A DNA stretch of 64,000 bases from a virus, in IMG/VR virus record IMGVR_UViG_3300007516_000014, positions 5,987 through 69,986 of that record, one strand, 5' to 3'. Numbering within the stretch: the first letter of the stretch is position 1; each line of letters starts with the position of its first letter. Of this stretch, positions 47,646 through 56,397 are shown in pieces. Position numbers and translations under genes: made by a program. Below the pieces are notes generated by a model, which was not told where the DNA came from, did not search any database, and worked only from the letters and a program-made list of their open reading frames with translations.

Positions 47646-48830
47646 ATGGACGGATCACTCGTAGCACTGGCAATCAAGGCGAACATGCCGATGATTGCGG
47701 TGACAACTGACGACCGGCTCAATCTCGAAGCCGTGCTGAAGCATATCACCGGCAGGGAGGTCGAGAAGACGATCACGCCGGGCGCAGGGAAGATGCCTAA
47801 TGGCAGCCTGTTCGTCGGCCCCGACAACCTGCCGATGCCTGCGGCCATGTATGGCGACATGGTGAAGAACGAGTGCGTGTACGTAGCGGTGAACCTGAAG
47901 AAGGTACCGACGCACTTCTTCGACGCTGGCGAGGTGCCGGTCCCGAAGGACATGCTGGAGCAGCTTCTACTGTCTGGCCTCAAGTCCAAGAAGATCGTCG
48001 ACAGCGTGATGCCGGTGCTGGGTGGCCTGACCATCGCCCGAGCCGTCGAGGTGGTCCGGCTGACCATGAGCCGCGACGGTTCGCTGACCAGCTCCGGGAT
48101 CGCCAAGACACGGCGCGACATCACGCGAGACGCTCGCGGCGTCACCCTGATCGACACCAAGGATGATGCGTACATGCCGCCCAGCGAGCTGGCCGGTTAC
48201 ATGAAAGCCGAGAAGGATTACTTCCTGACCGGAACCGACCCGCGTCTGATGCCTCGCGGCCTGTTGTTCGACGGCCCTCCCGGTACAGGCAAGACAGCGG
48301 CGGCCAAGCACATAGCCCACGAGTTCGGTATCCCGCTGTATCGCGTGGACTTCGGCACCGTCCAGGAGAAGTGGGTGGGGTCGAGCGAGGAGCATATGAC
48401 CCGCGCCCTGTCGCAGCTCGATGCGGCGGAGCCGTGTGTCGCCCTGTTCGACGAGATCGAGAAGATGGTCTCGGGCTCTGACTCGACCGGGATCGGCGGC
48501 AAGATGATGGCCCAGGTTCTGTGGTGGATGCAGGAGCGGGACAGCCGGGTGTTCGTCGTCATGACGACCAACAAGATCAAGAACATTCCGCCCGAGCTGT
48601 TCAGGCCCGGACGCATCGACGATGTCATGGTGTTCAATGGCCTCAAGAGCGCCGCCGAGGTGAATGCGTTCATTGGGCATGTTTTGAAGCAGTTCCCGGC
48701 CGATCTCCAAATGCCGGTGAAAGACGTGAAGTACTCGAAGCCCGCCAGCCAACTCTTCGCCACGCAGGCCGACGTCACGGTAGCCGTCTACAAGGCTATA
48801 AAAATGAAAGCCGCAGCAAATAAAAATTGA
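47646..48830 (+). CDS. AAA+ ATPase
   Basis: GPPGTGKT, KWVGSSE, LFDEIEK, PPELFRPGRID. Confidence 0.9.
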   Translation: MDGSLVALAIKANMPMIAVTTDDRLNLEAVLKHITGREVEKTITPGAGKMPNGSLFVGPDNLPMPAAMYGDMVKNECVYVAVNLKKVPTHFFDAGEVPVPKDMLEQLLLSGLKSKKIVDSVMPVLGGLTIARAVEVVRLTMSRDGSLTSSGIAKTRRDITRDARGVTLIDTKDDAYMPPSELAGYMKAEKDYFLTGTDPRLMPRGLLFDGPPGTGKTAAAKHIAHEFGIPLYRVDFGTVQEKWVGSSEEHMTRALSQLDAAEPCVALFDEIEKMVSGSDSTGIGGKMMAQVLWWMQERDSRVFVVMTTNKIKNIPPELFRPGRIDDVMVFNGLKSAAEVNAFIGHVLKQFPADLQMPVKDVKYSKPASQLFATQADVTVAVYKAIKMKAAANKN

Positions 48831-48895
48831 TCTTTGTCAATACCAGCCCTATCGTCCGTCCCGCTTCCAACAACTCATGGCCAAGGAGGGCCACT

Positions 48896-49444
48896 ATGGA
48901 AAAAGTATTTATCGAGGGCACCGGCAAGAAGCCCGACTATCTCGTCATCGCCAGTAAGGGCCACATCGTTCTCGGCCTGAAGCCTGTGCTGGAGAACCTC
49001 GTGGGCAAGGACTACGAGCATCTGTCGGTGATCGGCTTCCGGCTGCGCTCCGTGTCGAAGGTCAAGGTCATCGACACGGGCGTGCTGATCGCCCCGTGGC
49101 CCAAGATCACTTTCAACGCCCGTGACACAACCCGCGCGTCGTGCACGGTGGGTGCCGGCGTCGAGCGTGTCCACGTCTCGACTGTCGAGATGCTTGGCCA
49201 GTTCCTGGCGGAGCACAATGCGGCGACCAAGCTGGCCCAGCAGGTCATCGACATGGTCGGAGACGACTGCCTGTATTCGGTCGTCGAGTTGTCTGACTTC
49301 ATCGCGGCGACCTACGCCGAAGTCATCGACAAGAACAAGCCCGAGGAAGACTTCGACAAGGCAGCGGTGGTCGCCGGTGCCAACGTGATCGACCTTCAGG
49401 CCGCTGCGCTCAGCAAGGCCATCGACAAGTACAAGTTCAACTGA
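48896..49444 (+). CDS. Hypothetical protein
   Basis: Hairpin TGGCC-AAGGAG-GGCCA places the start at 48896. Confidence 0.75.
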   Translation: MEKVFIEGTGKKPDYLVIASKGHIVLGLKPVLENLVGKDYEHLSVIGFRLRSVSKVKVIDTGVLIAPWPKITFNARDTTRASCTVGAGVERVHVSTVEMLGQFLAEHNAATKLAQQVIDMVGDDCLYSVVELSDFIAATYAEVIDKNKPEEDFDKAAVVAGANVIDLQAAALSKAIDKYKFN

Positions 49445-49445
49445 G

Positions 49446-50444
49446 TTGGCTCTTACCGCTCACCTCGACCGTTGTGTCGAGGTAGCGGGGAGCGACCGTG
49501 TCGGTCATTTCCTGCACCGTCTCGTGCGGTGGCAACCGCATACCAACGTAATACGTAGCGGCCGTGCCTGGGTAGGCTGGCCACGCTCAAGATGGCAGAA
49601 GGAGCTGAAGCTCTCGGCCGACCAGTTCCGACTGGTCTTGTTGAAGGCCGCCGCTGCCGGCCTGATCTACCGGTGCCAGATGCTTCGCGGTGGACTGAAT
49701 GTGCTGCACATAGCACTCACCGACGAGTGCATCCTGAAGCTAGTAAACGGCGTCGAACCCCTCACTCCAGTGAGGGAAAAACCCCTCACTCCAGTGAGGG
49801 GAAAACCCCTCACTCTATATAAGAACCCTAAGAAAGAACCCGGAGAAAGTACCAAGATAGCGACCGACTTCGCGGTCGCGAGTTCGGAGTCCGAGAAAAC
49901 CATCGAGAAGAGTTCCGGGAACGTAGTCCTGTTCCCAGGTCAAGGAGGACCGATGAACAAGCTCAGCGCTGATATTGGAAAGAAGTTTGCGGACGCTTCG
50001 TCGTACGCCCAGAAAATCGACACGCTCAAGCCGGACAGGACCGCGTCCTTGGTTCAGGCGTGGAGGGGGTCCACCAAGGCCACGGTTACCGACAAGATGG
50101 CCGGGCAGTTGAAGTACCTGCTCAAGACCCGGCCCAACGCTCTGAAGATCGTCCGGTTCGCCCTGAAGAATTGGGGCGATCTGACGTACCGGGCCGAGAA
50201 GCATCACGGTGCGTTCAAGTCTCCCAGCGCTCCGAACCTCGGCTATCTGGTAAAGTTCGCCCATGTAGCGGTGGAGCTGATGAACCAGGCCGCCAGCAAG
50301 CCGGTCGTGGTTGTGGCCCCGCCAGTGCAATCAATTGCACAGACAGCCCCGGTCAAGGTCAAGGTCAAGCCCGCGACCTTCGCCGAGATCCTCGCCATAG
50401 AGGCAGAACTGGAAGCCCTCGAAGCATTGAAGGCCGCATCGTGA
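49446..50444 (+). CDS. Replication initiator-like protein (internal start at 49953)
   Basis: N-terminal wHTH-like segment, central iteron-encoded repeats, position upstream of loader and DnaB. Confidence 0.65.
   Translation: MALTAHLDRCVEVAGSDRVGHFLHRLVRWQPHTNVIRSGRAWVGWPRSRWQKELKLSADQFRLVLLKAAAAGLIYRCQMLRGGLNVLHIALTDECILKLVNGVEPLTPVREKPLTPVRGKPLTLYKNPKKEPGESTKIATDFAVASSESEKTIEKSSGNVVLFPGQGGPMNKLSADIGKKFADASSYAQKIDTLKPDRTASLVQAWRGSTKATVTDKMAGQLKYLLKTRPNALKIVRFALKNWGDLTYRAEKHHGAFKSPSAPNLGYLVKFAHVAVELMNQAASKPVVVVAPPVQSIAQTAPVKVKVKPATFAEILAIEAELEALEALKAAS
49756..49815. repeat. 24-bp iteron-like tandem repeat, 2.5 copies; putative replication origin
   Basis: AACCCCTCACTCCAGTGAGGGRAA; each unit is itself palindromic; an A/T-rich run follows. 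Confidence 0.8.
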
Positions 50445-51010
50445 CCTCCCCTTGGTATACGATGCCGCACGGCGTCTTGACGGAAGAGAAGCACCACATG
50501 TTGGTGGCCAGCCGTGAGGCTATCGCCAAGGACGCAGGCATACCCCAGGAGCTGCTGTGGAGGCCGCTACCGGCCATTACCGCCGGCGAGCGCACTTGGA
50601 TAGCCAAATTCAAGCAACATCGCTCAGCGGGCTTCTGTGGCCTTCTGCTGACGGGTGAAAAGCCGTCTCCTGATCCGCTCTCCCGGATCGGGGCAATCGC
50701 CGGGTGTTTGTCCCGTAATTTCGTCCGGGCACGGGTGTTCTCGTTGCTCGAAGTGCTGGCCGCCACGAACGACAACAATCCTGTCGAGGCGACCTGCCTG
50801 CTGATCCCGGACTTCATTCCGGACAAAAAGACCGCTTCGGCGACGCCGAGTTGGAAAGTGCAGCAGATCACGGCCCTACTGACTGAGCGCTGGAGCGCGA
50901 GCAACATGCAGACCGTCTTGTACGCCCCGAGCATGGCGGACATTCAGTCCGAATATGGTTCCTACGTCGGAAGTCTCATTCAGAACCATTATCAGCCGGT
51001 AGCCATCTGA
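50441..51010 (+). CDS. Degenerate DnaC/IstB-like helicase loader
   Basis: AGIP, GLLLTG, LLIPD, LLTERW...TV, YGS.V.SLI; no intact Walker A. Confidence 0.55.
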   Translation: MTSPWYTMPHGVLTEEKHHMLVASREAIAKDAGIPQELLWRPLPAITAGERTWIAKFKQHRSAGFCGLLLTGEKPSPDPLSRIGAIAGCLSRNFVRARVFSLLEVLAATNDNNPVEATCLLIPDFIPDKKTASATPSWKVQQITALLTERWSASNMQTVLYAPSMADIQSEYGSYVGSLIQNHYQPVAI

Positions 51011-53298
51011 TGCTCAGTTCAGCACAGCGCTACGTCGCGTCGATCATCCAGATCGGCAAAGTCGAGGCGATGCTCAAGCATGGCCCGGTCAAGCACCTGT
51101 TCAAAGGAGAAGAAGCGAAGCTCTGGAGCTATTTCGACGCGCACATCAAGAAGTACGGCACGACGCCCGACTTCGCTCTGGTCAAGGCGGACACCGGCTT
51201 CGATCTGGCGGCTCAGTTGCAGCCCGCCGAGTTCTACCTGGATCGAGCCCGCGCCAACTACACGCAGCAAGAGCTGATCTCGACGATGGGCCAGGTTCAG
51301 CAGAAGTACCTGACGGGCGCATCCGCCGTGCCCGCCGAAGGCCTCGTCGCCCTTGGCAACGCGGTGATGGCCCTGTCGGTCCAGAACATGGGCCAGCAGG
51401 TCATGGACTACCGGCAGGCCGAAGACATCATCATGCAGGCATACAAGGCCAAGTCGACCGAAGGCAATAACATAGGCTTGCAGCTTGGCTGGCCCACGCT
51501 CGATGCGGCGACCGGCGGCCTGAGCATCGGCGATCTGGTCTCGCTCGTCGCAAGACCCGCAATGGGCAAAGCTCAGCCTCTGACGGCTAAGATCTTGATG
51601 GCTGATGGGTTGTTCAGAGCCATGGGCGATCTGCAAGTCGGAGACGACTTGGCGTCGATCGATGGCCACCCATCGAAAGTCGGCGCGATCCATCCGCAGG
51701 GTAGCAGGCCTGTTTATCGGGTGACTTTTGGAGACGGACGAGCCACCGAGGCCGACGAAGAGCATTTGTGGAAAGTCGGGTGTAAGTATTGGGACGAGCC
51801 ACGCCTCATGACAACCAAGGAAATCATGGCGCTTCGTGCCCGAGCAACGAGATACGCGCGCACTCTGTACGTGACCACGTTCTCGGGCGAGTTCGGGGGG
51901 CTGAAGCCCAAGCTTGATCCTTACTTGTTGGGGGCACTGCTCGGGGACGGTGGTTTGACCAAGAACGTCGTGCTGACTTCGATGGACAAAGACATAGTCG
52001 CGCGTGTGCGCGACGCATTGCCAAAGTGGCATTATTTAGTGCCCGCGACCGCCACCGCGTCTAAATCCACGGACTACCACATAACGTCTGTGCGTCGGAC
52101 GGTAGACAACGAAGTTTTGCGACAGCTTCGTGAATGGGGATTGATGGGCAGCAAATCGGAACAGAAGTTTGTGCCCGTGGAGTGCTTCCAGTGGTCGTCC
52201 AAAGATCGTTGGGCACTCCTACAAGGCTTGATGGACACAGACGGGACTATCGACAAGCGTAAATGCTCGGCCACGTTTAGTTCGTCCAGTAAGCACCTGA
52301 TCGACGGTGTCCGACGACTTGTGCATTCGTTGGGCGGCAAGGCATCGGCTGCGGCCGAGAAGCAAACTTCTTGCCTGCTACATTATCGCCTGACGATCAC
52401 GATCCGCAGTCGAGAGCAGTTGTTCTTTGTCGAGCGTAAAAGAGCACGAGCCAAGCCGTACACCACACACAATCCAGAAAATTTGCGGTTTGTGTCTATC
52501 GACTATGTGGGCGACAAGCCCTGCCAGTGTATATCGGTGACGCACCCCACGAAGATGTACGTCACAGACGACTACATACCGACGCATAACACCTGGTTTG
52601 TCTTGTGGATGGCAATGCACGCCTGGGCCAATCAAGGCAAGGTACCGCTGTTTGTCTCGATGGAAATCAAGCCGTTGCAGATCGCGCAGCGCCTGCTCGC
52701 CATTCAGGCACAGTTGCCGGCCAAGGAATTGCGCGATGCCAAGCTGACAAGCCCTCAGCTCAAGCACATGAAGTCGTTGCTCATGAAGACGGCCAAGGGC
52801 GAAGTGCCGTTTCATATTGTTGACGGCAACCTGACCGCCAACGTGGGTGACATCTACGCCTTGACACGCCAACTCAAGCCCGACCTGGTGATCATTGACG
52901 GCGCGTATCTGCTCCAGCATCCGACCGAGCGCGACCGGTTCAAGCGGGTGGCCGAGAACGCCGATCTGTTGAAGAAGCAGATTGCCGATCTTGCCCCGAC
53001 CATCACGTCATGGCAGTTCGCGCGTCCGCCCAAGTTGCAGAAGGGTCAGAAGAAGACCCCGCAGACGCTCGACGACATCGGCTACTCGGACGCCATCGGC
53101 CAGCATTCCTCGCTGGCTCTGGCCTTACAGCAGCCCGAGAGCGCCGAGACCATGAAGCAGCGCGTCGTGTCGATCATCAAGGGTCGTAACGGCGAGGAAG
53201 GCAGCTTCAACGTAAACTGGAATTTCGAGTGGACGACCGACTTCTCGGAAGTCATGCCCGATCACCCGGACAACAACGAAGAACTGTACGTCGATTAA
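51010..53298 (+). CDS. dnaB: DnaB-like replicative helicase (intein-containing)
   Basis: ARPAMGK|T split by an intein; FVSME, VIIDG, IGYSDAIGQ, IIKGRNG. Confidence 0.9.
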   Translation: MLSSAQRYVASIIQIGKVEAMLKHGPVKHLFKGEEAKLWSYFDAHIKKYGTTPDFALVKADTGFDLAAQLQPAEFYLDRARANYTQQELISTMGQVQQKYLTGASAVPAEGLVALGNAVMALSVQNMGQQVMDYRQAEDIIMQAYKAKSTEGNNIGLQLGWPTLDAATGGLSIGDLVSLVARPAMGKAQPLTAKILMADGLFRAMGDLQVGDDLASIDGHPSKVGAIHPQGSRPVYRVTFGDGRATEADEEHLWKVGCKYWDEPRLMTTKEIMALRARATRYARTLYVTTFSGEFGGLKPKLDPYLLGALLGDGGLTKNVVLTSMDKDIVARVRDALPKWHYLVPATATASKSTDYHITSVRRTVDNEVLRQLREWGLMGSKSEQKFVPVECFQWSSKDRWALLQGLMDTDGTIDKRKCSATFSSSSKHLIDGVRRLVHSLGGKASAAAEKQTSCLLHYRLTITIRSREQLFFVERKRARAKPYTTHNPENLRFVSIDYVGDKPCQCISVTHPTKMYVTDDYIPTHNTWFVLWMAMHAWANQGKVPLFVSMEIKPLQIAQRLLAIQAQLPAKELRDAKLTSPQLKHMKSLLMKTAKGEVPFHIVDGNLTANVGDIYALTRQLKPDLVIIDGAYLLQHPTERDRFKRVAENADLLKKQIADLAPTITSWQFARPPKLQKGQKKTPQTLDDIGYSDAIGQHSSLALALQQPESAETMKQRVVSIIKGRNGEEGSFNVNWNFEWTTDFSEVMPDHPDNNEELYVD
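51571..52590 (+). mobile_element. Ala1 (class 3-like) intein with LAGLIDADG endonuclease, 340 aa
   Basis: AQPLTAKILMADG...EHLW...LGALLGDG...LQGLMDTDG...PCQCISV...PTHN|T; codon usage differs from the host gene. Confidence 0.92.
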
Positions 53299-53355
53299 TC
53301 TCTTGCATCATGCCTGTCCAAGCGTAGAACACGTTACCAATCAAGGAGGATTGCG

Positions 53356-53880
53356 GTGGCCGTTGTAATCAAGAAACCCATTGCGCCAAAGGTCGATCCC
53401 GCCAACGAGAATGTGGGCCTTACCGCCATGCAGCAGTCGATGGCGAGCCTGTCGCTCCTGGTGGACCCCGACAACGACGACCTGGATGAAGAGGTTGCCG
53501 TAGAACCGGACGAACTGGACGAGTTGGCCCAGGAGATCGATGACCTCGGAGCCATGGAGTCCGTGATCGCCGGAATGAAGAAGCAGATCGCGGAGCATGG
53601 CAAGCGGTTGTCCGTCGTGCGTGACAAGCTCGTGGACATGCAGATGCTGGTCAAGACCGGCGATCACTACTACGCGCAGGTCAAAGAGACCGGCAATCAG
53701 GTGCGAACGGTGAAGGACATGCCGCTTGCCATCAAACATCTGGGCGTCGAGACGTTCCTTCAGGTTGCCAAAGTCAGCCTGTCGGACATCGACAAATATC
53801 TGAACGATGCCCAGAAGGCGGAGGTTATCGAGACCTCGGAGAGTACGACCCGCTCGATGAAGATTATGAAACGGGTTTAG
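53356..53880 (+). CDS. Hypothetical protein
   Basis: Hairpin CAATC-AAGGAG-GATTG; acidic coiled coil. Confidence 0.75.
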   Translation: MAVVIKKPIAPKVDPANENVGLTAMQQSMASLSLLVDPDNDDLDEEVAVEPDELDELAQEIDDLGAMESVIAGMKKQIAEHGKRLSVVRDKLVDMQMLVKTGDHYYAQVKETGNQVRTVKDMPLAIKHLGVETFLQVAKVSLSDIDKYLNDAQKAEVIETSESTTRSMKIMKRV

Positions 53881-53900
53881 TTACTGCAATCAATTGCACA

Positions 53901-54392
53901 ATGATCAACGAGGATCGAGAAATGTTGAACCGCTATCGGATCACGCTCGCCAGCATTTACAGCGACGACCAGCTCGCCCTGATGCTGACCCGCGCCGGCT
54001 TTGCCGTCACCGGAGTCGAGACGGTGGGCACCGAAGCCCCTGCGGAAAAGATCGCGGAAAAAACTGCGGCCCAGCCCAAGAGCATGGTGAAGGCCGCACT
54101 GGCGCTGGCAGAAGATCGCCGCCGCAAGTACACCGCCTCGCAGATGCACACGCCGGAAGCCAAGGCCAAGGCTGTCGTCAGTCGTATGAAGGCAAGCGCT
54201 CGACGGTCGAACATAGTGATCCGTCGTATCGCGGAAATCCTGGTCGAGAAGCAAGACCTGGATATGCCGGCCACGCACGTCACGTCCATGATCAACTCGC
54301 GTCGCGCGGACAACAAGCGCCTGTCTGTCGTGAGAGTCCGTGGCTTCATGGATGCCGCTCGCAGCTTGGTGACGCAGCCCTCCATGATCTAA
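53901..54392 (+). CDS. Basic hypothetical protein
   Basis: ATG 1 nt after a palindrome copy; coupled to primase (TAATG). Confidence 0.6.
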   Translation: MINEDREMLNRYRITLASIYSDDQLALMLTRAGFAVTGVETVGTEAPAEKIAEKTAAQPKSMVKAALALAEDRRRKYTASQMHTPEAKAKAVVSRMKASARRSNIVIRRIAEILVEKQDLDMPATHVTSMINSRRADNKRLSVVRVRGFMDAARSLVTQPSMI

Positions 54393-55399
54393 TGGACCTG
54401 CAAACCAGCAAGTCCTTTCTTCGTTGCCTGGGAGTGGCGGGTTACGATGATCGACGCAACGGGTGGGTGACGTGCGCCTGCCCGTTGGCCCCGTGGCGTC
54501 ATCCGGACGGCTCGGGCAAGAGCGCATTTGGACTGAAGCTCGGTGCAGGGCGCGTGTTCGTGAAGTGCTTCTCGTGCGACTATCATGGCACGCCCCTGGA
54601 CCTGTTGTATGAGCTGCGCGACACGAACAAGGCGTCGCCCAGCGGCAAGGTCTACGACTTCGGCAAGGCCATGGGCATCCTGAATGCAAATCCGGCCGAT
54701 CTGGTTGAGAAGGTCGACTCGCTCGACGAGCTGGCCTTCAACGCCAAGCCCACGTTCGTGTACCCCGAAGACTGGTTGGCCGAGTTCGAACCGGCCTACA
54801 GCGGCGATCAGGTTCATCCGTATCTGGTTAGTCGGCAGATGCCGTACGAAGTCGCTCGTGATCTGGACATCAGATACGACAACGTCGCGAGCCGTGTGTG
54901 CTTCCCCATCCGGGACTACAACGGCCAGCTTCGAGGTCTTCATGGCAGGTCAGTCTGGCCGCATGTCGAGTTGAAGTACCTCATGTACACGATTGCCGAT
55001 CCCGAAAGACCGGGCCAGAAGCACTGCAATCCCGACGTGTGGTTGGGCGAGGCGTGGGTAGACCCGGAGCAGCCCGTGGTGATAGCCGAGTCGGTATTCG
55101 ACCTGGCTCGCGTGTACCAGGTCTACCGCAACGTCATGTGTCCGCTGATGGCATCGCTCAACGAGGCCAAGATGAAGCGGCTGCTCGGTATCAGCCGGCT
55201 CGTGACCATGTTCGACGCAGATAACGCGGGCAAGATAGCCCGTGATAAACTCAGGAATAGGTTTCCCGCGATAGAGATGCACAATGTAGTACTGCCCGCA
55301 GGCTTCAAAGACCCAGGGAGCATGGCGGTGGAAGACGTGGCTGCATTACTCGACCAGTACGTCATTTTAGACCCTATTTTATTGCACAACGCGGGGTAG
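54392..55399 (+). CDS. DNA primase (Zn finger + TOPRIM)
   Basis: CPL...H...CFSC, FPIRD, IAESVFD, FDADNAG, KDPG. Confidence 0.88.
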   Translation: MDLQTSKSFLRCLGVAGYDDRRNGWVTCACPLAPWRHPDGSGKSAFGLKLGAGRVFVKCFSCDYHGTPLDLLYELRDTNKASPSGKVYDFGKAMGILNANPADLVEKVDSLDELAFNAKPTFVYPEDWLAEFEPAYSGDQVHPYLVSRQMPYEVARDLDIRYDNVASRVCFPIRDYNGQLRGLHGRSVWPHVELKYLMYTIADPERPGQKHCNPDVWLGEAWVDPEQPVVIAESVFDLARVYQVYRNVMCPLMASLNEAKMKRLLGISRLVTMFDADNAGKIARDKLRNRFPAIEMHNVVLPAGFKDPGSMAVEDVAALLDQYVILDPILLHNAG

Positions 55400-55473
55400 C
55401 GGAGTATAAAGGATATGTTCTGCGCACCCTAGTTCACCGCGCTGTCCACGGAAGGTCATGGAGGACCATCACA

Positions 55474-56307
55474 ATGGCTATCGTCGTCAAGAAGCCCATC
55501 GCTGCCAAGCTCGAAGCTCCGGCAGTCGCCACGCCACCCGCTGCAAATGGGGACGTCAAATCGTCTACGCCCAGCTGGATGATGCAGGGCAAGGCCACCG
55601 TAGCGGCGTACGCGGCCGAGAAGGCCAAGTCCGAGGTCGCCTACGAAAACTCCAAGAAGCTGCACCGTTTCCGGCTGAAGGTCGGTGAGGCGCGCACGAT
55701 CACTTTCATCGACGGCTTTCTGGATGACGACGGCATGCTCGCCGCTCGCTCGTACTACGAGCACACTGTCCCGCTCGGAGCGCGGTACGAAAACTTCGTC
55801 TGCCTGGCAGCCAACCACGTTCCCGGTCAGCCCCAGGAGCCGTGTCCCATCTGCGAGGCGTCGAGCGATAACAGACCCTCGCTCGTGACGGTCCTGACCG
55901 TGCTCGATCACACGCCCTACACGATCCAGAAGGGTCCGAAGCAGGGCCAGGTCATCCCGTTCCAGCGCAAGCTGTTCGTGGCCAAGGGTGGCACGATGGA
56001 GAAGCTGCGTTACAAGGCCAACAAGATGGGCGGCCTCGCAGGTTGGACGTTCTCGGCCGCTCGCATCGGTGACAACAAGTCGCCGGCTGCCGGTAACGAG
56101 TTCGACCGTGACGAGGAGCAGGCCCGCGCGTCCACGGAGGAGCTGATCGCTCAGTTCGCCGAGGACGGGAAGGTCGCCGACTACGAGGCCGAGATCGTCA
56201 TGCTGTCCGCCGCCAAGCTGATCGAGCTGGGCGCGGGCAAGGCTCCTGCCGGTCCCGGTTACGGCGGCAGCAAGTTCGACTCGAACAAGATGGGCGAACA
56301 GATCTAG
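55474..56307 (+). CDS. Probable single-stranded DNA-binding protein
   Basis: RFRLKVGEARTITFID, YEH, C...CPIC, RKLFVAK; replication context. Confidence 0.65.
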   Translation: MAIVVKKPIAAKLEAPAVATPPAANGDVKSSTPSWMMQGKATVAAYAAEKAKSEVAYENSKKLHRFRLKVGEARTITFIDGFLDDDGMLAARSYYEHTVPLGARYENFVCLAANHVPGQPQEPCPICEASSDNRPSLVTVLTVLDHTPYTIQKGPKQGQVIPFQRKLFVAKGGTMEKLRYKANKMGGLAGWTFSAARIGDNKSPAAGNEFDRDEEQARASTEELIAQFAEDGKVADYEAEIVMLSAAKLIELGAGKAPAGPGYGGSKFDSNKMGEQI

Positions 56308-56397
56308 TTCGCTTGCAGGGCGCGGCTGTGCAGTTGTGCAATTGATTGCACAGCCGTCCTCACCAAGGAGGGTGATCTGGTTAGTATAAATTCGCTG

